A stretch of 64,000 nucleotides of DNA from Candidatus Oxydemutatoraceae bacterium. Its GTDB lineage: Bacteria > Pseudomonadota > Gammaproteobacteria > Poriferisulfidales > Oxydemutatoraceae. Below are positions 33,106-46,452 of this stretch, piece by piece (the stretch's first letter is position 1; every line of letters begins with the position of its first letter). The stretch lies in NCBI GenBank assembly GCA_965218975.1, contig OZ244717.1, positions 1,952,001 to 2,016,000 of the forward strand, in the 5' to 3' direction. A program made the translations under genes and the position numbers. The notes under the pieces were generated by a model. That model did no database searches, was not told the origin of the DNA, and saw only the letters and a list, made by a program, of their open reading frames with translations.

Positions 33106-36100
33106 TTAATTACCGAAACGAATATCTTTACGCGATTCCAGCTCAATATTGATCCCCATTGATCGCACTTCTTTAACTAAAACATTAAAGGATTCCGGTA
33201 TGTTGGCTTCAATACTGTAGTTGTTGTTCGTAATGTTCTTATACACTCGGCTACGCCCGCTCATATCGTCCGACTTAACGGTCAGCATTTCCTGCAATAA
33301 ATACGCCGCGCCGTACGCCTCTAATGCCCACACCTCCATTTCACCAAACCGCTGTCCGCCTAATTGTGCTTTACCGCCTAACGGTTGCTGTGTGACCATG
33401 CTATAAGGTCCTGTGGAGCGTGCATGCATTTTGTCATCAACAAGATGATTTAATTTCATCATATACATGTAGCCGACCGTCACCGGATGATCAAATGGCT
33501 TACCTGTTCGCCCGTCAAACAAACGAATCTGACCGGAAATCGGGAAACCCGACATTTCAAGCATTTTCTTGACTTCTTGCTCATGCGCACCGTCAAACAC
33601 CGGTGTCGCCATCGGCACGCCAGCCACCAGATTCTTTGATAAGGTGATCACTTCACGATTCGTCAACGTATCAATCGCTTCTTTTCTACCCTCGCTCGTG
33701 TTATATATTTCATTTAACAACTTGCGTACTTCAGTCTGCCGTGTATTCTCGTCAATAAGCTTTTTAATTTTCTTGCCAAGATGTTTTGCAGCCGCACCGA
33801 GATGTGTTTCCAACACTTGCCCGACATTCATCCGCGAAGGCACTCCCAAAGGATTCAGTACAATATCAACCGGTGTTCCATCTTCCATGTGAGGCATATC
33901 CTCAACCGGAACAATCATTGAAACAACCCCTTTATTGCCGTGGCGTCCGGCAAGCTTGTCACCCGCCTGCAGGCGACGCTTCACCGCAAGATGAACTTTA
34001 ACAATTTTGATTATTCCCGGCGCAAGATCATCCCCCGCTGTAAGCTTTTCTTTTTGCGCTTCGAGTTTCTTCTCAAATCGCTGACGCTGTATCCTGATCC
34101 GTTTGATTAAAGCTTCAAACTGCTTGCTGATCTTCTCGCTCTTCATCCTGATTTTGAGCCATTGAGCGCGCTCCAACCCATGCAAGTACTCACGAGTTAT
34201 TTTGGTTGAGGCTGACAAACCTCCAGGCCCTCCGGCAGCAATTCGGCCAACAAGCAATTTTTCAATCCGGTCGTAAATATCGTTCTCATAAATCCTTAAC
34301 TCATCATTCATGTCCTTACGAATTCTTTCGATTTCCACCTCCTCGATATTCAATGCACGCGAGTCTTTCTCTGTTCCTTCGCGAGTAAATACTTGAACAT
34401 CAATCACTGTCCCTTCAACTCCGGACGGGACTTTTAAAGAGGTGTCTTTCACATCGGAAGCTTTTTCGCCAAAAATGGCACGCAGAAGTTTTTCTTCCGG
34501 TGTCAATTGACTTTCACTCTTCGGCGTAACTTTCCCGACAAGAATATCGCCGGTTTTAACTTCAGCGCCGATATATACAATTCCGGATTCATCCAGCTTC
34601 TTCAAAAACCCTTCGCTGACATTAGGAATGTCGGCGGTAATTTCATCCGGACCAAGCTTAGTGTCCCGAGCAATACATGTCAGTTCTTGAATGTGGATTG
34701 TCGTAAAACGATCCTCTTCAACTACTCGCTCAGAAATAAGGATGGAATCTTCAAAATTGTATCCGTTCCATGGCATAAACGCGACTAATACATTTTGCCC
34801 CAACGCAAGCTCGCCCAAATCGGTTGCCGAACCGTCCGCAAGCACATCCCCGGTAACCACACGATCACCTCGACTGACCAAGGGGCGTTGATTGATACAG
34901 GTGTCTTGATTGGACCGCCGGTACTTAGTCAATTGATAAATATCCACCCCCGAATCATCGGCAGTATTCTTCTTTTCATCAACGCGTACAACGATGCGTC
35001 CCGCATCAACCATATCCACCACACCGCCACGATGAACAATCACAACGGTTCCCGAGTTTACTGCCACCGCACTTTCAATCCCAGTGCCAACTAAAGGTTT
35101 CTCCGGACGTAGTGTCGGTACCGCCTGCCGTTGCATATTGGACCCCATCAATGCGCGGTTGGCGTCATCATGCTCAAGAAAAGGAATCAATGACGCGGCA
35201 ATTGAAACAATCTGCTTAGGCGATACATCCATGTATTCGACACGTTCCGGCGGAAGTAAAGAAAACTCGTTCTTATGCCGGCAAGAAACCAACTCGTCAA
35301 CAAGTTTGCCTTTGTCATCAACAATGGCATTCGCTTGAGCAATCACATAATCGCTTTCTTCAATTGCCGAAAGATACATGATTTTATTAGTGACTTTGCC
35401 ATTGGAAACTCGTAAATAAGGTGTTTCTAAAAATCCATATCGATCTGTTCTTGCGTAAACCGCCAATGAATTGATCAAGCCAATATTCGGCCCTTCAGGG
35501 GTTTCAATCGGGCACAATCTGCCGTAGTGCGTAGGATGCACGTCACGCACCTCAAAACCGGCATGTTCGCGCGTCAGCCCTCCAGGCCCCAGCGCTGAAA
35601 TTCGGCGCTTATGAGTCACTTCCGACAACGGATTATTTTGGTCCATAAATTGCGACAACGGACTGGAGCCAAAAAATTCTTTGATGACGGCGGAAACTGG
35701 CTTCGGATTAATCAAGTCTTTCGGACTCAGATCTTCGGTTTCCGCCAGCGTCAGACGCTCCTTTACCACTCGTTCAATCCGCGTCAATCCGTTTCTGAAA
35801 ACATTTTCCACCATCTCACCGACACAACGGACTCGGCGGTTGCCCAGATGATCAATATCATCAACCTTCCCCTCTCCGTTACGCACCGCAATAATCTTTT
35901 TCATCACATCAATAATGTCTTGCTTATTCAACGTGCTATTGCCGGTTACTTTCTTATAGCCTACTGCCGTATTGAATTTCATCCTACCGCAAGCAGATAA
36001 ATCATAGCGTTCCGGATTTTGAAACAAATTGTAAAATAAAACTTTAGCGGAATCTCTTGTCGGCGGTTCGCCCGGTCTGATCACACGGTAAATGGCCTCT

Positions 36101-37209
36101 TGCGCTTGCTCCTCATTTTCGGTTTTATCCAGCCTTAGAGTGTTAGAAATATACGGCCCTCGATTGATCTCATTCACGAAAATCGTGTCAATTTTCTTAA
36201 TTCCCGCCGATTGTAAGGCAGTCACTAAAGCTGCGGTGATTTCAGTATTTACCGGAGCTAAAATTTCACCGGTCTTTTTGTCAACAATCGCACTGGCAGT
36301 TACTCTCTCATATAAATACTCATACGGTACTTCCAAAACTTTGAGGTGAAACTCCTTCATCCGTTTGACATGGCGCTGGGTGATACGATTACCGGATTCA
36401 ACCACAGTTTTACCTTTGATCTCAATATCGAACTGCAACAACTCGCCCAGCAGACGATCAGGGCTCAATTCCATTTTGCAACTATCTTTGCCCAGCCTGA
36501 TACGATCCTTTTCAAAGAATGTATCTATGATTTCGTCGTTGCTCATACCCAAAGCATGTAACAGAATTGTTGCCGGTTCTTTACGTCGTCGATCAATGCG
36601 GATGAATAGGTTGTCGTTGATGTCAAACTCAAAGTCTAGCCAGGAACCACGATAAGGAATAATACGTGCGGAGTAGAGTAATTTTCCCGAAGCGTCGGTT
36701 TTACCCTTGTCGTGCTCAAAGAAGACTCCGGGAGAGCGATGTAACTGTGAGATGACTACCCGTTCAGTGCCGTTGACAATGAACGTGCCGGTCTCAGTCA
36801 TCAGCGGAAGATTACCTAAGAATACTTTGTCTTCTTTAACTTCTTTCACTTTCTTGACATCGTCTTTCTTCGTTGACTTCTCATACACAACCAACTTCAA
36901 TGTCACGTATAATGGTGCTTCATAGCTTTTGCCCCGTAGCTTACATTCCTTCACCTCAAGTTCAGGTTCGCGCAATTCATAACCGCTATAAAGCAATTCA
37001 ACATTACCCGAATGACTGACAATCGGAAACACGGAATGGAATGCGTTGTTTAAACCAACTTTTCCTCGTTTACCGGGTTCTTTATCCGCTTGTAAAAAAT
37101 GTGCAAAAGAATCTGTTTGAATCTGTAAAATCGGAGGTATTGCAAGCTTCTCAACCCGCTTGCCAAAATTCTTCCGTATCCTTTTTTTCTCAGCATAAGT
37201 ATATTTCAT
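33106..37209 (-). CDS. rpoB: RNA polymerase beta subunit
   Basis: [30 protein letters not shown]. Confidence 0.99.
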   Translation of the reverse strand: MKYTYAEKKRIRKNFGKRVEKLAIPPILQIQTDSFAHFLQADKEPGKRGKVGLNNAFHSVFPIVSHSGNVELLYSGYELREPELEVKECKLRGKSYEAPLYVTLKLVVYEKSTKKDDVKKVKEVKEDKVFLGNLPLMTETGTFIVNGTERVVISQLHRSPGVFFEHDKGKTDASGKLLYSARIIPYRGSWLDFEFDINDNLFIRIDRRRKEPATILLHALGMSNDEIIDTFFEKDRIRLGKDSCKMELSPDRLLGELLQFDIEIKGKTVVESGNRITQRHVKRMKEFHLKVLEVPYEYLYERVTASAIVDKKTGEILAPVNTEITAALVTALQSAGIKKIDTIFVNEINRGPYISNTLRLDKTENEEQAQEAIYRVIRPGEPPTRDSAKVLFYNLFQNPERYDLSACGRMKFNTAVGYKKVTGNSTLNKQDIIDVMKKIIAVRNGEGKVDDIDHLGNRRVRCVGEMVENVFRNGLTRIERVVKERLTLAETEDLSPKDLINPKPVSAVIKEFFGSSPLSQFMDQNNPLSEVTHKRRISALGPGGLTREHAGFEVRDVHPTHYGRLCPIETPEGPNIGLINSLAVYARTDRYGFLETPYLRVSNGKVTNKIMYLSAIEESDYVIAQANAIVDDKGKLVDELVSCRHKNEFSLLPPERVEYMDVSPKQIVSIAASLIPFLEHDDANRALMGSNMQRQAVPTLRPEKPLVGTGIESAVAVNSGTVVIVHRGGVVDMVDAGRIVVRVDEKKNTADDSGVDIYQLTKYRRSNQDTCINQRPLVSRGDRVVTGDVLADGSATDLGELALGQNVLVAFMPWNGYNFEDSILISERVVEEDRFTTIHIQELTCIARDTKLGPDEITADIPNVSEGFLKKLDESGIVYIGAEVKTGDILVGKVTPKSESQLTPEEKLLRAIFGEKASDVKDTSLKVPSGVEGTVIDVQVFTREGTEKDSRALNIEEVEIERIRKDMNDELRIYENDIYDRIEKLLVGRIAAGGPGGLSASTKITREYLHGLERAQWLKIRMKSEKISKQFEALIKRIRIQRQRFEKKLEAQKEKLTAGDDLAPGIIKIVKVHLAVKRRLQAGDKLAGRHGNKGVVSMIVPVEDMPHMEDGTPVDIVLNPLGVPSRMNVGQVLETHLGAAAKHLGKKIKKLIDENTRQTEVRKLLNEIYNTSEGRKEAIDTLTNREVITLSKNLVAGVPMATPVFDGAHEQEVKKMLEMSGFPISGQIRLFDGRTGKPFDHPVTVGYMYMMKLNHLVDDKMHARSTGPYSMVTQQPLGGKAQLGGQRFGEMEVWALEAYGAAYLLQEMLTVKSDDMSGRSRVYKNITNNNYSIEANIPESFNVLVKEVRSMGINIELESRKDIRFGN

Positions 37210-37305
37210 AGGTCACTATTGGGTTATCAATTAAAAATAAGCGCCCTTGCCGGATATTTGCCGCAAATGCACAATAATTTAACATCCGATCCGGCGATGC
37301 CTTTA

Positions 37306-37683
37306 TTACTTTAATTCAACCGTCGCTCCGACTTCCTCAAGTTGCTTCTTAACCGTCTCCGCTTCTTCTTTTGCAACACCCTCTTTGATTGTAATCGGGA
37401 CTCCTTCAACCATTTCTTTAGCCTCTTTTAGCCCGAGGCCGGTAACAGTACGTACCACTTTAATTGCTGCAACTTTATTATCGCCAAATGCGTTCATTAC
37501 GATATCGAACGCATCTTTTTCTTCAGCAACGGCGGCAGAATGATCTCCGGCAGGGACAGCCGAGGCAACCATCGTTGCAGCTGATACTCCAAATTTTTCT
37601 TCCATTGAAGAAACAAGATCAACAATATCCATTACCGACATGTTTGAAATCGTTTCAATAATTTCCTCTTTTGACAAGGACAT
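37306..37683 (-). CDS. rplL: 50S protein L7/L12
   Basis: [17 protein letters not shown]; AGGAGG RBS before ATG at 37683. Confidence 0.97.
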   Translation of the reverse strand: MSLSKEEIIETISNMSVMDIVDLVSSMEEKFGVSAATMVASAVPAGDHSAAVAEEKDAFDIVMNAFGDNKVAAIKVVRTVTGLGLKEAKEMVEGVPITIKEGVAKEEAETVKKQLEEVGATVELK

Positions 37684-37719
37684 AACAACCTCCTTTAGGT
37701 AAATGTTTAAAAACAATAA

Positions 37720-38262
37720 TTATTTTTCTGGTAAGGCGCTTTGCTCTTTTTGTTCCTTGACCGCCGCAAAGACACGTACTAACTTTGATGGCACATCTGT
37801 TAAGACGCGAACGAACTGCGTAATAGGCGCTTTCATAGTCGCCATCAGCATTGCAATAGCCTCATCGCATGTCGGCAAATTAGCCAAACGGTCAACCATG
37901 GATATATCCATCAACATCCCTTCGACAGCAACCAACTTGACCTCAATGCTATCGTGTTCTTTAGCAAATTCTTTGAATAATTGAGCCGCCGCACCAGGAT
38001 CTTCTTGCGAAAACGCCCACACTAAGGGACCAGTCAATTTATCACTCATGCACTGGTAACTAGTGCCGCTGAGACCGCGACGCGCCAAAGTATTTTTTAT
38101 CACACGTAAATATATATTTTGCTCGCGCGCACGAGAACGTAATTGGGTCATTTCAGAAACAGTGAGTCCCCTATAGTCAGCCGCAATCGCCGAATGCGCA
38201 TTTGCCGCGATTTCATTGAGATCCGAAACAATCCGCTGTTTCTCTTCCAGAGTCTGTGCCAT
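37720..38262 (-). CDS. rplJ: 50S protein L10
   Basis: DYRGLTV, KNTLARR. Confidence 0.97.
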   Translation of the reverse strand: MAQTLEEKQRIVSDLNEIAANAHSAIAADYRGLTVSEMTQLRSRAREQNIYLRVIKNTLARRGLSGTSYQCMSDKLTGPLVWAFSQEDPGAAAQLFKEFAKEHDSIEVKLVAVEGMLMDISMVDRLANLPTCDEAIAMLMATMKAPITQFVRVLTDVPSKLVRVFAAVKEQKEQSALPEK

Positions 38263-38350
38263 TAAATTGTCCTCCTGAGCGTCAAAAACAGACTATCCGG
38301 GCTAAAGAGCGATGCCTTGTCACAAGACACAACTTGTAGCAAGTAATACA

Positions 38351-38398
38351 GCGTCTGCGCAAGCATGAAGTATTAAGCATCAAATAGCATGCGGCTTT
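38351..38398 (-). promoter_or_regulatory. probable degenerate L10 leader (rplJ autoregulatory RNA)
   Basis: Minus strand AAAGCCGCATGC..CTTAAT..GCTTGCGCAGACGC in the rplA-rplJ gap resembles the L10-leader core. Confidence 0.45.
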
Positions 38399-38482
38399 TA
38401 ACAACTCCAGAGCCTAGCCTCCGGAGAAAAAGTCTGTCATTTTTTTGGTGTTGCTGATCCACTGTCGTACCGGCTTCTTATC

Positions 38483-39178
38483 TCAATAAGCTAATGCACT
38501 GCGATCAATCGTCAAACCCGGTCCCATCGTCGATGAAACTGTAACTTTCTTAAGATAAACCCCCTTCGCTGTCGCCGGTTTTTCTTTTAATACGGCGCTA
38601 AGCAGTGCATTTAAATTGTCGACGAGTTGGTCGGTCGCAAAGCTCAACTTACCGATAGTTCCATGAACAATACCGCCTTTATCGGCACGAAATTGCATCT
38701 GCCCGGCCTTAGCATTTTTAACCGCAGCAGATATATCGTCGGTCACCGTGCCGATTTTCGGATTCGGCATTAATCCTTTCGGGCCAAGTATTTGGCCAAG
38801 CTTTCCAAGCGTAGGCATCGCATCCGGTGAAGCAATAGCCACATCGAAATCAAAGTCACCCGATCTTACACGTTCGGCGAGGTCCTCTAAGCCGACGACA
38901 TCAGCGCCGGCTTCTTTGGCAAGCGCAACTCGATCACCTTCGGTAAATACCGCAACTTTCACAGTCTTACCTAAACCATGCGGAAAATTGATAGAACCGC
39001 GTACCGTTTGGTCGCCTTTTTTCGGATTGATGCCTAAATTAATACTCGCATCTACTGATTCAATAAATTTTACCGCTCCGCATTCTTTCAATAAATCAAA
39101 AGCTGCGACTGGCATATATGCTTTTTTTGCTTCTAATTTCTTAGAAATATTGCGCATTCTTTTCCCCGATTGACTCAT
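38483..39178 (-). CDS. rplA: 50S protein L1
   Basis: KFIESVD, LGPKGLMPNPK, SSTMGPG. Confidence 0.97.
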   Translation of the reverse strand: MSQSGKRMRNISKKLEAKKAYMPVAAFDLLKECGAVKFIESVDASINLGINPKKGDQTVRGSINFPHGLGKTVKVAVFTEGDRVALAKEAGADVVGLEDLAERVRSGDFDFDVAIASPDAMPTLGKLGQILGPKGLMPNPKIGTVTDDISAAVKNAKAGQMQFRADKGGIVHGTIGKLSFATDQLVDNLNALLSAVLKEKPATAKGVYLKKVTVSSTMGPGLTIDRSALAY

Positions 39179-39182
39179 GGTT

Positions 39183-39614
39183 TTATCCTTCCTCAACATT
39201 AAGTCCCATACTACGAGCGCTACCGGCTATGGTACGAACTGCCGCCTCAAGATTAGCAGCAGTCAAATCCGGCTTTTTTGTTTTAGCAATTTCTTCAAGC
39301 TGCCGCCGGGTAACGGTACCAACTTTCTCGCTGTTCGGTTTGCCACTGCCTTTGTCAACCCCTGCCGCTTTCTTTAACAACACCGATGCGGGCGTTGTTT
39401 TGACAACAAAAGTAAAACTCTTATCTTCATACACGGAAACTACCACAGGCACCGGCATTCCTTTGTCAAGCGTCTGAGTTTGCGCATTAAACGCCTTGCA
39501 GAAATCCATGATGTTTAAACCATGCTGCCCTAATGCGGGGCCGACCGGCGGACTTGGATTGGCATTGCCTGCCGGAACTTGCAATTTCACGTATTTGTCA
39601 AACTTAGCTACCAT
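39183..39614 (-). CDS. rplK: 50S protein L11
   Basis: [22 protein letters not shown]. Confidence 0.97.
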   Translation of the reverse strand: MVAKFDKYVKLQVPAGNANPSPPVGPALGQHGLNIMDFCKAFNAQTQTLDKGMPVPVVVSVYEDKSFTFVVKTTPASVLLKKAAGVDKGSGKPNSEKVGTVTRRQLEEIAKTKKPDLTAANLEAAVRTIAGSARSMGLNVEEG

Positions 39615-39641
39615 TGTAATCAGCGCTTTCCATATTGAACG

Positions 39642-40178
39642 TCAAATCTTTTCAACCTGACCGAATTCAAGCTCGACCGGGGTTGAGCGTCCGAAAATTT
39701 GAACAGACACAAGCAACTTATCTTTTTCATAGCTCACCTCTTCAACCACTGCATCAAAATCATTAAACGGACCGTCTATCACCCGTACCGCTTCACCTGC
39801 TTCAAAAAGGACTTTGGGCTTGGGTTGTTCGGCGCCAGCCTGAATGCCCTGCAGGATCGCTCGCACTTCCGCCTCCGAAAGCGGTATCGGCTTATCCCGG
39901 TTACCGCCGATAAACCCTTTAATTTTCGGCACACTATTCACCAAATGCCATGTTTCATCAGTCATGTCCATATCTACCAAAATATAACCCGGAAACAACT
40001 TGCGCGTCGTACGTCGTTTTTTACCCGAACGCATCTCAATTACATCCTCACAGGGCACTAAAATGTCACGGAACCGATCGCTCATGCCTGAATTGGCAAT
40101 TCTTTGCTCAAGCACGGTTTTCACCTGTTTTTCAAAACCAGAGTATGCCTGTACTACAAACCATCCGAATGCCATCAT
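39642..40178 (-). CDS. nusG: transcription factor NusG
   Basis: [21 protein letters not shown] domain, [10 protein letters not shown]. Confidence 0.97.
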   Translation of the reverse strand: MMAFGWFVVQAYSGFEKQVKTVLEQRIANSGMSDRFRDILVPCEDVIEMRSGKKRRTTRKLFPGYILVDMDMTDETWHLVNSVPKIKGFIGGNRDKPIPLSEAEVRAILQGIQAGAEQPKPKVLFEAGEAVRVIDGPFNDFDAVVEEVSYEKDKLLVSVQIFGRSTPVELEFGQVEKI

Positions 40179-40186
40179 CCATACCC

Positions 40187-40549
40187 TCAGTAAATAACTA
40201 AACCCATGAACCAACTTAAAAACAAATCAACCATCCACAAAAATATCGCAACAACAATGACCGCAACAAACACGATCAACGTTGTCTGCAAAGTTTCGGT
40301 CTTAGTCGGCCATATCATTTTGCGCAACTCAAGCCGTGCCGCCTGCAGAAAATCAGCGGCGAATTTGCCTTTCTCAGTTGTAAAAAAGATGCTTGCGGCA
40401 ACTACAAAAGCAGCAACCAAACCCAACACGCGGAAAAGAAAAGAAACTTCACTAAAGTAATAAAATAATACAGTGGAAACCGCAAGCAAACCGCTCATGG
40501 TAACCCACTTAATTCTATCTACCGCCGATATCTTTTCCGCTTGCGCCAT
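40187..40549 (-). CDS. secE: preprotein translocase SecE
   Basis: Three TM segments, ELRKMIWPT. Confidence 0.95.
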   Translation of the reverse strand: MAQAEKISAVDRIKWVTMSGLLAVSTVLFYYFSEVSFLFRVLGLVAAFVVAASIFFTTEKGKFAADFLQAARLELRKMIWPTKTETLQTTLIVFVAVIVVAIFLWMVDLFLSWFMGLVIY

Positions 40550-40601
40550 TTTGGTTACCTCTTAATTAATCTCTACAAAAGCGCTGACATCAACTCTATT
40601 G

Positions 40602-40677
<76 letters not shown>

Positions 40678-40704
40678 TCGTCACGACACTTACCTCTGCC
40701 ACCC

Positions 40705-41889
40705 TTATTCGATCACTTTTGTGACAATACCCGCACCGACTGTGCGGCCCCCCTCGCGTACCGCAAAACGCAAACCCTCTTCCATCGCAATCGGCGCGAT
40801 CAGATTCACTACCATCTTGATATTGTCTCCCGGCATCACCATCTCAACATCCGACGGTAACTCTACTTCACCCGTTACATCCGTTGTCCGAAAATAAAAC
40901 TGCGGACGATAACCCTTGAAAAAAGGTGTGTGTCGCCCCCCCTCTTCTTTCGACAAAATATAAACCTCCGCCTCAAACTTCGTATGCGGCGTAATACTGT
41001 TCGGCTTACATAATACTTGACCGCGTTCCACTTCATCGCGCTTCGTGCCACGCAATAATATCCCAACATTGTCACCCGCTCGACCCTCATCCAATAACTT
41101 CCGAAACATCTCGACTCCGGTACACGTCGTCTCTTGAGTCGATTTAATTCCTACGATCGATACCGTATCTCCAATCTTTACCATGCCGCGCTCTATACGC
41201 CCCGTGACAACCGTCCCGCGACCCGATATCGAAAAAACGTCTTCCACCGGCATCAAAAAGTCTCCGTCTATCGCACGCTCCGGTTCCGGAATATAACTGT
41301 CCATCGCCACCACCAACTTCTCGATTGATTCCTCCCCCATACCGTCGCCTACCAAAGCCTGCAATGCCGAACCGGAAATAATCGGCGTCTCATCTCCAGG
41401 AAACTCATAACGGCTCAATAAATCACGCACTTCCATTTCCACTAACTCCATTAACTCCGCATCGTCCACCATGTCCGACTTGTTCAAATACACGACAATA
41501 TACGGAACGCCAACCTGACGCGCCAACAAAATGTGCTCACGCGTTTGCGGCATCGGACCGTCCGCAGCGCTTACAACCAGAATCGCACCGTCCATTTGCG
41601 CCGCACCCGTAATCATATTCTTGACATAATCCGCATGCCCCGGACAATCCACATGCGCATAATGACGCCGGTTCGATTCATACTCAACATGCGCCGTCGC
41701 GATTGTAATCCCGCGTTCGCGTTCTTCCGGCGCATTATCAATATCTTCATACGGCTTGAATTCACCGCCTTGCTTTGCCGACATCACTTTCGTCAGCGCC
41801 GCCGTCAATGTTGTTTTGCCATGGTCAACATGACCTATCGTGCCTACATTAATATGCGGCTTCGTTCGTTCAAATCTCTCTTTAGACAT
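40705..41889 (-). CDS. tuf: elongation factor Tu
   Basis: [18 protein letters not shown]. Confidence 0.99.
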   Translation of the reverse strand: MSKERFERTKPHINVGTIGHVDHGKTTLTAALTKVMSAKQGGEFKPYEDIDNAPEERERGITIATAHVEYESNRRHYAHVDCPGHADYVKNMITGAAQMDGAILVVSAADGPMPQTREHILLARQVGVPYIVVYLNKSDMVDDAELMELVEMEVRDLLSRYEFPGDETPIISGSALQALVGDGMGEESIEKLVVAMDSYIPEPERAIDGDFLMPVEDVFSISGRGTVVTGRIERGMVKIGDTVSIVGIKSTQETTCTGVEMFRKLLDEGRAGDNVGILLRGTKRDEVERGQVLCKPNSITPHTKFEAEVYILSKEEGGRHTPFFKGYRPQFYFRTTDVTGEVELPSDVEMVMPGDNIKMVVNLIAPIAMEEGLRFAVREGGRTVGAGIVTKVIE

Positions 41890-41909
41890 TACGGTTCTCC
41901 TTGTAAAAC

Positions 41910-44012
41910 TTATTTAGTAAACTTATTCTTTATGACTTCTTCGGCAACATTGTTTGGCACCTCAACATACTTGGAAAACTCCATCGTATAGGTTGCTCTA
42001 CCTTGTGTCGCCGAACGTAAGTCAGTTGCGTAACCGAACATCTCTTTTAGCGGTACTTCTGCGGCGATAACTTTACCGAGTTGGGCATCCTCCATGCCGT
42101 TTACTAACCCGCGACGGCGATTTAAATCGCCAACGACATCTCCCATATAATCTTCAGGCGTAATCACTTCAACTTTCATCATCGGTTCAAGCAAAACCGG
42201 TAATGCCTGTATCGCACCCTGCTTAAAACATTGAGCGCCGGCAATTTTAAAAGCAATTTCAGACGAATCAACCTCATGAAAGGAACCATCAAATAAAGTA
42301 ACCTTAACGTCAACCAGCGGATAGCTTGCAAGCACGCCGTTTTCCATTTGCTCACGCACACCTTTATCAACCGCAGGAATATATTCGCGAGGGATAACAC
42401 CGCCTGCGATCTTATTCACAAACTCATAACCAGCGCCTCTCTCACGAGGTTCAACTCTAAGCCAAACATGCCCATATTGGCCACGCCCGCCGGATTGCCT
42501 AATGAACTTCCCTTCGTTCTCAACTGTTTTACATATTGTCTCACGATAAGCAACTTGCGGCGCACCAATATTGGCATCCACATTAAACTCACGTTTCATT
42601 CGGTCAACAATAATTTCGAGATGCAATTCGCCCATACCGGAAATAATCGTTTGCCCGGATTCCTCATCCGTCGCAACTTTGAAAGACGGATCTTCTTGCG
42701 CCAACTTCTGCAAGGCAATCCCCATCTTCTCCTGGTCCGCTTTAGTCTTCGGCTCCACTGCCACGGAAATAACCGGTGCGGGAAACTCCATCCGCTCCAA
42801 TACAATATGATTGTTAACGTCGCATAAAGTCTCGCCGGTGGCAATATCCTTTAATCCGACTGCCGCTGCAATGTCGCCGGCACACACTTCCTTGATTTCT
42901 TCGCGTGCATTGGAATGCATCTGCAACAGTCTTCCGACCCGTTCTTTTCTTTTCTTATTTGGATTGTATATTGAATCACCGGATTTCAACACACCTGAAT
43001 AAACCCGGAAAAAAGTTAATGAACCGACAAAGGGATCGGTGGCAATTTTAAATGCAAGAGCAGCAAAATCTTCATCATCGGATGATTGTCTTATGGGAAC
43101 TCTCTTACCATCTTCGGCAACACCCTTCACCGGCGGAATATCAATTGGGGAAGGAAGATAATAAACAACCGCATCAAGCAACGCTTGCACGCCCTTGTTT
43201 TTAAAAGCCGAACCGCATAGTACCGGAACCACCTCATTTGCCAAAGTACGTAACCTCAAACCTTGGCGAATTTCATCCTCAGATAATGTTTCCGATTCAA
43301 GGTATTTATCCATTAAGTGCTCATTAGCTTCAGCAGCAGCTTCTATCATCAGATGCCGCCATCGGCTACATTCCGCTTGCATCCCTTCTGGAATATCCTT
43401 TGTTTGATAGCTGACGCCTTTGTCACTATCATTCCATAAAATCGCTTTTTGGCCAACTAAATCGACAACACCCACAAAATCACTTTCTTTGCCTATCGGC
43501 AACTGCACCGGAACGGGGTTAGACCCGAGACGATTCCGAATTTGATCAACCACCCTTAGAAAATCAGCGCCCGAACGATCCATTTTATTGACAAAAGCAA
43601 TGCGCGGAACATAATACCGCTCCGCTTGCCGCCAAACTGTTTCGGATTGGGGTTCAACGCCGCCAACTGCACAGAAAACGGCGGTCGCCCCATCCAATAC
43701 ACGTAACGATCGTTCAACCTCGATAGTAAAATCAACGTGTCCCGGCGTGTCAATGATATTAATCCGATATTCCTTAAACTTCTGATCCATCCCTTTCCAA
43801 AAACAGGTCGTTGCGGCGGAGGTGATAGTAATTCCACGCTCCTGTTCCTGTTCCATCCAGTCCATTACCGCAGCCCCATCATGCACTTCACCAATCTTAT
43901 GCGAGATGCCGGTATAAAATAAAACGCGCTCGGTAGTAGTGGTTTTACCCGCATCAATGTGTGCCATAATGCCTATATTGCGGTAATTATCTATGGGGGT
44001 TGTTCGCGCCAT
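41910..44012 (-). CDS. fusA: elongation factor G
   Basis: [21 protein letters not shown]. Confidence 0.99.
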   Translation of the reverse strand: MARTTPIDNYRNIGIMAHIDAGKTTTTERVLFYTGISHKIGEVHDGAAVMDWMEQEQERGITITSAATTCFWKGMDQKFKEYRINIIDTPGHVDFTIEVERSLRVLDGATAVFCAVGGVEPQSETVWRQAERYYVPRIAFVNKMDRSGADFLRVVDQIRNRLGSNPVPVQLPIGKESDFVGVVDLVGQKAILWNDSDKGVSYQTKDIPEGMQAECSRWRHLMIEAAAEANEHLMDKYLESETLSEDEIRQGLRLRTLANEVVPVLCGSAFKNKGVQALLDAVVYYLPSPIDIPPVKGVAEDGKRVPIRQSSDDEDFAALAFKIATDPFVGSLTFFRVYSGVLKSGDSIYNPNKKRKERVGRLLQMHSNAREEIKEVCAGDIAAAVGLKDIATGETLCDVNNHIVLERMEFPAPVISVAVEPKTKADQEKMGIALQKLAQEDPSFKVATDEESGQTIISGMGELHLEIIVDRMKREFNVDANIGAPQVAYRETICKTVENEGKFIRQSGGRGQYGHVWLRVEPRERGAGYEFVNKIAGGVIPREYIPAVDKGVREQMENGVLASYPLVDVKVTLFDGSFHEVDSSEIAFKIAGAQCFKQGAIQALPVLLEPMMKVEVITPEDYMGDVVGDLNRRRGLVNGMEDAQLGKVIAAEVPLKEMFGYATDLRSATQGRATYTMEFSKYVEVPNNVAEEVIKNKFTK

Positions 44013-44061
44013 TGCTTAATTTCTTAATTTGCAGTTTGTATTGTCGAGCCAAACGGTAAAT

Positions 44062-44538
44062 CTACCAGCGATAATGTGAAAACGCTTTGTTGGCTTCGAC
44101 CATTTTCATGGTATCTTCGCGCTTCTTAACAGCCATTCCTTTATTTTCCGCCGCACTCATTAACTCTTGCGCTAATTTTAAACCCATAGACTTATCGCGA
44201 CGTTTGCGTGCCGCCTCGATCAGCCAACGCATCGCTAGAGTACCCTGACGGGTAGGACGCACCTCAACGGGTACCTGATAAGTTGCTCCGCCAACTCGTC
44301 TTGACCGCACTTCAACTTTGGGCTTCACGTTATCCAACGCAGCATTAAATGCTTGTATAACTTGTTCATCGGTTTTACATGTTTTCAGCATGTGGTCAAA
44401 TGCTCCATAAACGATGCCTTCTGCGATCGATTTTTTGCCGTTTTTCATCACAATATTGATGAACTTGGCAACCGTTACATTCTTATATTTAGGGTCATGC
44501 GTGACCTCCCTCTTAGGGACTTCTCGACGCCGTGGCAT
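44062..44538 (-). CDS. rpsG: 30S protein S7
   Basis: [22 protein letters not shown]. Confidence 0.98.
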   Translation of the reverse strand: MPRRREVPKREVTHDPKYKNVTVAKFINIVMKNGKKSIAEGIVYGAFDHMLKTCKTDEQVIQAFNAALDNVKPKVEVRSRRVGGATYQVPVEVRPTRQGTLAMRWLIEAARKRRDKSMGLKLAQELMSAAENKGMAVKKREDTMKMVEANKAFSHYRW

Positions 44539-44550
44539 ACTCTCTATCCT

Positions 44551-44925
44551 TTACGCCTTTGTTCTCTTAGTGCCGTACTTAGAGCGTCCCTGCTTGCGAT
44601 CTTCGACACCTTGCGTGTCAAAACTCCCGCGTACAGTATGGTACCGAACTCCCGGTAAATCTTTGACTCGACCACCGCGAATCAACACTACCGAGTGCTC
44701 TTGAAGATTATGCCCCTCTCCTCCGATATAAGCAGTCACTTCGTAACTGTTTGTTAAGCGAACACGCGCAACTTTGCGTAAAGCCGAATTTGGCTTTTTA
44801 GGCGTCGTCGTATAAACGCGGGTACAAACGCCCCGCCTTTGCGGACACCCCTCTAATGCCGGCACATTACTTTTAATAGTTTTTTGTTTCCGCGGTTTAC
44901 GCACTAACTGATTAATAGTTACCAT
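44551..44925 (-). CDS. rpsL: 30S protein S12
   Basis: [21 protein letters not shown]. Confidence 0.99.
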   Translation of the reverse strand: MVTINQLVRKPRKQKTIKSNVPALEGCPQRRGVCTRVYTTTPKKPNSALRKVARVRLTNSYEVTAYIGGEGHNLQEHSVVLIRGGRVKDLPGVRYHTVRGSFDTQGVEDRKQGRSKYGTKRTKA

Positions 44926-45182
44926 ATTGTCATATCATAGTGGTAGAGGTATTTTCAGTGGCTGAACCCTACGGGCAAATCCAACTCCTTAAGGTGCCAA
45001 ATTCAGGACCACCTCTGTCGATAAATAAAAGCAGAATATTCTATTAAAAAAAAGTTAAACAGTCAATATGCTTGTACGATGCCACCCTAAATGGGATTTC
45101 TGAAGGGCTTCGGGGGAAGCGTTCGGCAAGTAACATTCGGATCGGTGCTTTCTGTCCGTTGCCGGCATGAGGACGGCGCAGG

Positions 45183-45284
45183 GTGAGACGCGCCCGGAAA
45201 ACCGATCGGTTTTCAGCGGCGAACGACCCGACAAGGATGTCGGGGCTGGCGCTCATTGACAGAACCAAGTCTCGTCATGGACGA
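45183..45284 (+). repeat. Structured insert copy 2a
   Basis: GGCGCAGG|GTGAG...CATGGACGA. Confidence 0.95.
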
Positions 45285-45289
45285 GCAGG

Positions 45290-45437
45290 GTGAGACGCGC
45301 TCGGAAAACCGACCGGTTTTCAGCGGCGAACGACCCGACAAGGATGTCGGGGCTGGCGCTCATTGACAGAACCAAGTCTCGTCACGGATGACAGACACTT
45401 TGCTGATAACACACCAACAAACACAAAACGGTTTCAT
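45290..45437 (+). repeat. Structured insert copy 2b
   Basis: GAGCAGG|GTGAG...AAAACGGTTTCAT. Confidence 0.93.
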
Positions 45438-45641
45438 AACCGGTCATTGAATGCTTCCGTATCGGCGAATAGCAGGTCTTCTGCATGATCGATACAATCT
45501 TCTTGGACGGTGCGGTTGAAGCGCTCGATGTGCGCGTTCATTTTTGGACACTTGGGATAGGTCAGCCACTGCTCAATCACGGGTGATTCCCGGATGAGCC
45601 GGGCAAACTGTCCTTGAAACTCACTCCCGCCGTCCGTCAGG

Positions 45642-45820
45642 GTGAGACGCGCCCGGAAAACCGATCGGTTTTCAGCGGCGAACGACCCGACAAGGACGTC
45701 GGGGCTGGCGCTCATTGACAGAACCAAGTCTTGTCATGGACGACAGGCACTTTGCTGAAAATCCGGCAGCAAACACAAAATGGTTTCATCAGCTCAAAGA
45801 CTTTACTGCTGCCGAAATTC
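45642..45820 (+). repeat. Structured insert copy 2c (long form)
   Basis: CGTCAGG|GTGAG...TGCTGCCGAAATTC. Confidence 0.93.
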
Positions 45821-46131
45821 TGCCAGGCGCAGGAATGCGGCTGCGTTGCGGCTGTTACAGCGGTTGGTTGCCACTGCTATTGCCATTCGGGTATAGACAT
45901 CAATGGCCATTAAGACGTAGCGGCGCACTCCGTGCTGATAACGCACAATCGTATCCAGGGCGATGCAATGCCCCGGATACTGTGCTTTGAAGTGTTTCGG
46001 CTTGCGTGCCCTGCAACGGCGCTTGAACAATCGTTTTGTTTGTCCTTTGGCATTCAGCCGCTGCGGAATACAGCGCATTTCATCCGGCGCATCCGCGATC
46101 AGGCGCGCAATCGCGCGGACACTCGGGCAGG

Positions 46132-46310
46132 GTGAGACGCGCCCGGAAAACCGATCGGTTTTCAGCGGCGAACGACCCGACAAGGATGTCGGGGCTGAGG
46201 TTCATTCGCAGAACCAAGTTTCGTCACGAACGACAGACACTTTACTGACAACACGGCAACAAACACAAAACGGTTTCATCAGCTCAAAGATTTTACTGCT
46301 GCCGAGATTC
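46132..46310 (+). repeat. Structured insert copy 2d (long form)
   Basis: GGGCAGG|GTGAG...TGCTGCCGAGATTC. Confidence 0.93.
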
Positions 46311-46328
46311 GGATAAGCCTGGCACAGG

Positions 46329-46452
46329 GTGAGACGCGCCCGGAAAACCGATCGGTTTTCAGCGGCGAACGACTCGACAAGGACGTCGGGGCTGGCGTTC
46401 ATTGACAGAACCAAGTCTCGTCATGGACGACAAGCACTTTGCTGACAATCCG
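46329..46452 (+). repeat. Structured insert copy 2e
   Basis: GCACAGG|GTGAG...GCTGACAATCCG. Confidence 0.93.

Noticed and set aside
45183-46452. Repeat-spacer pattern as a CRISPR array with IS-derived spacers
   Set aside because: Repeats are 100-180 bp and variable. The 'spacers' range from about 5 to 310 bp and are collinear pieces of one transposase between its own ends. No cas genes or leader are present.
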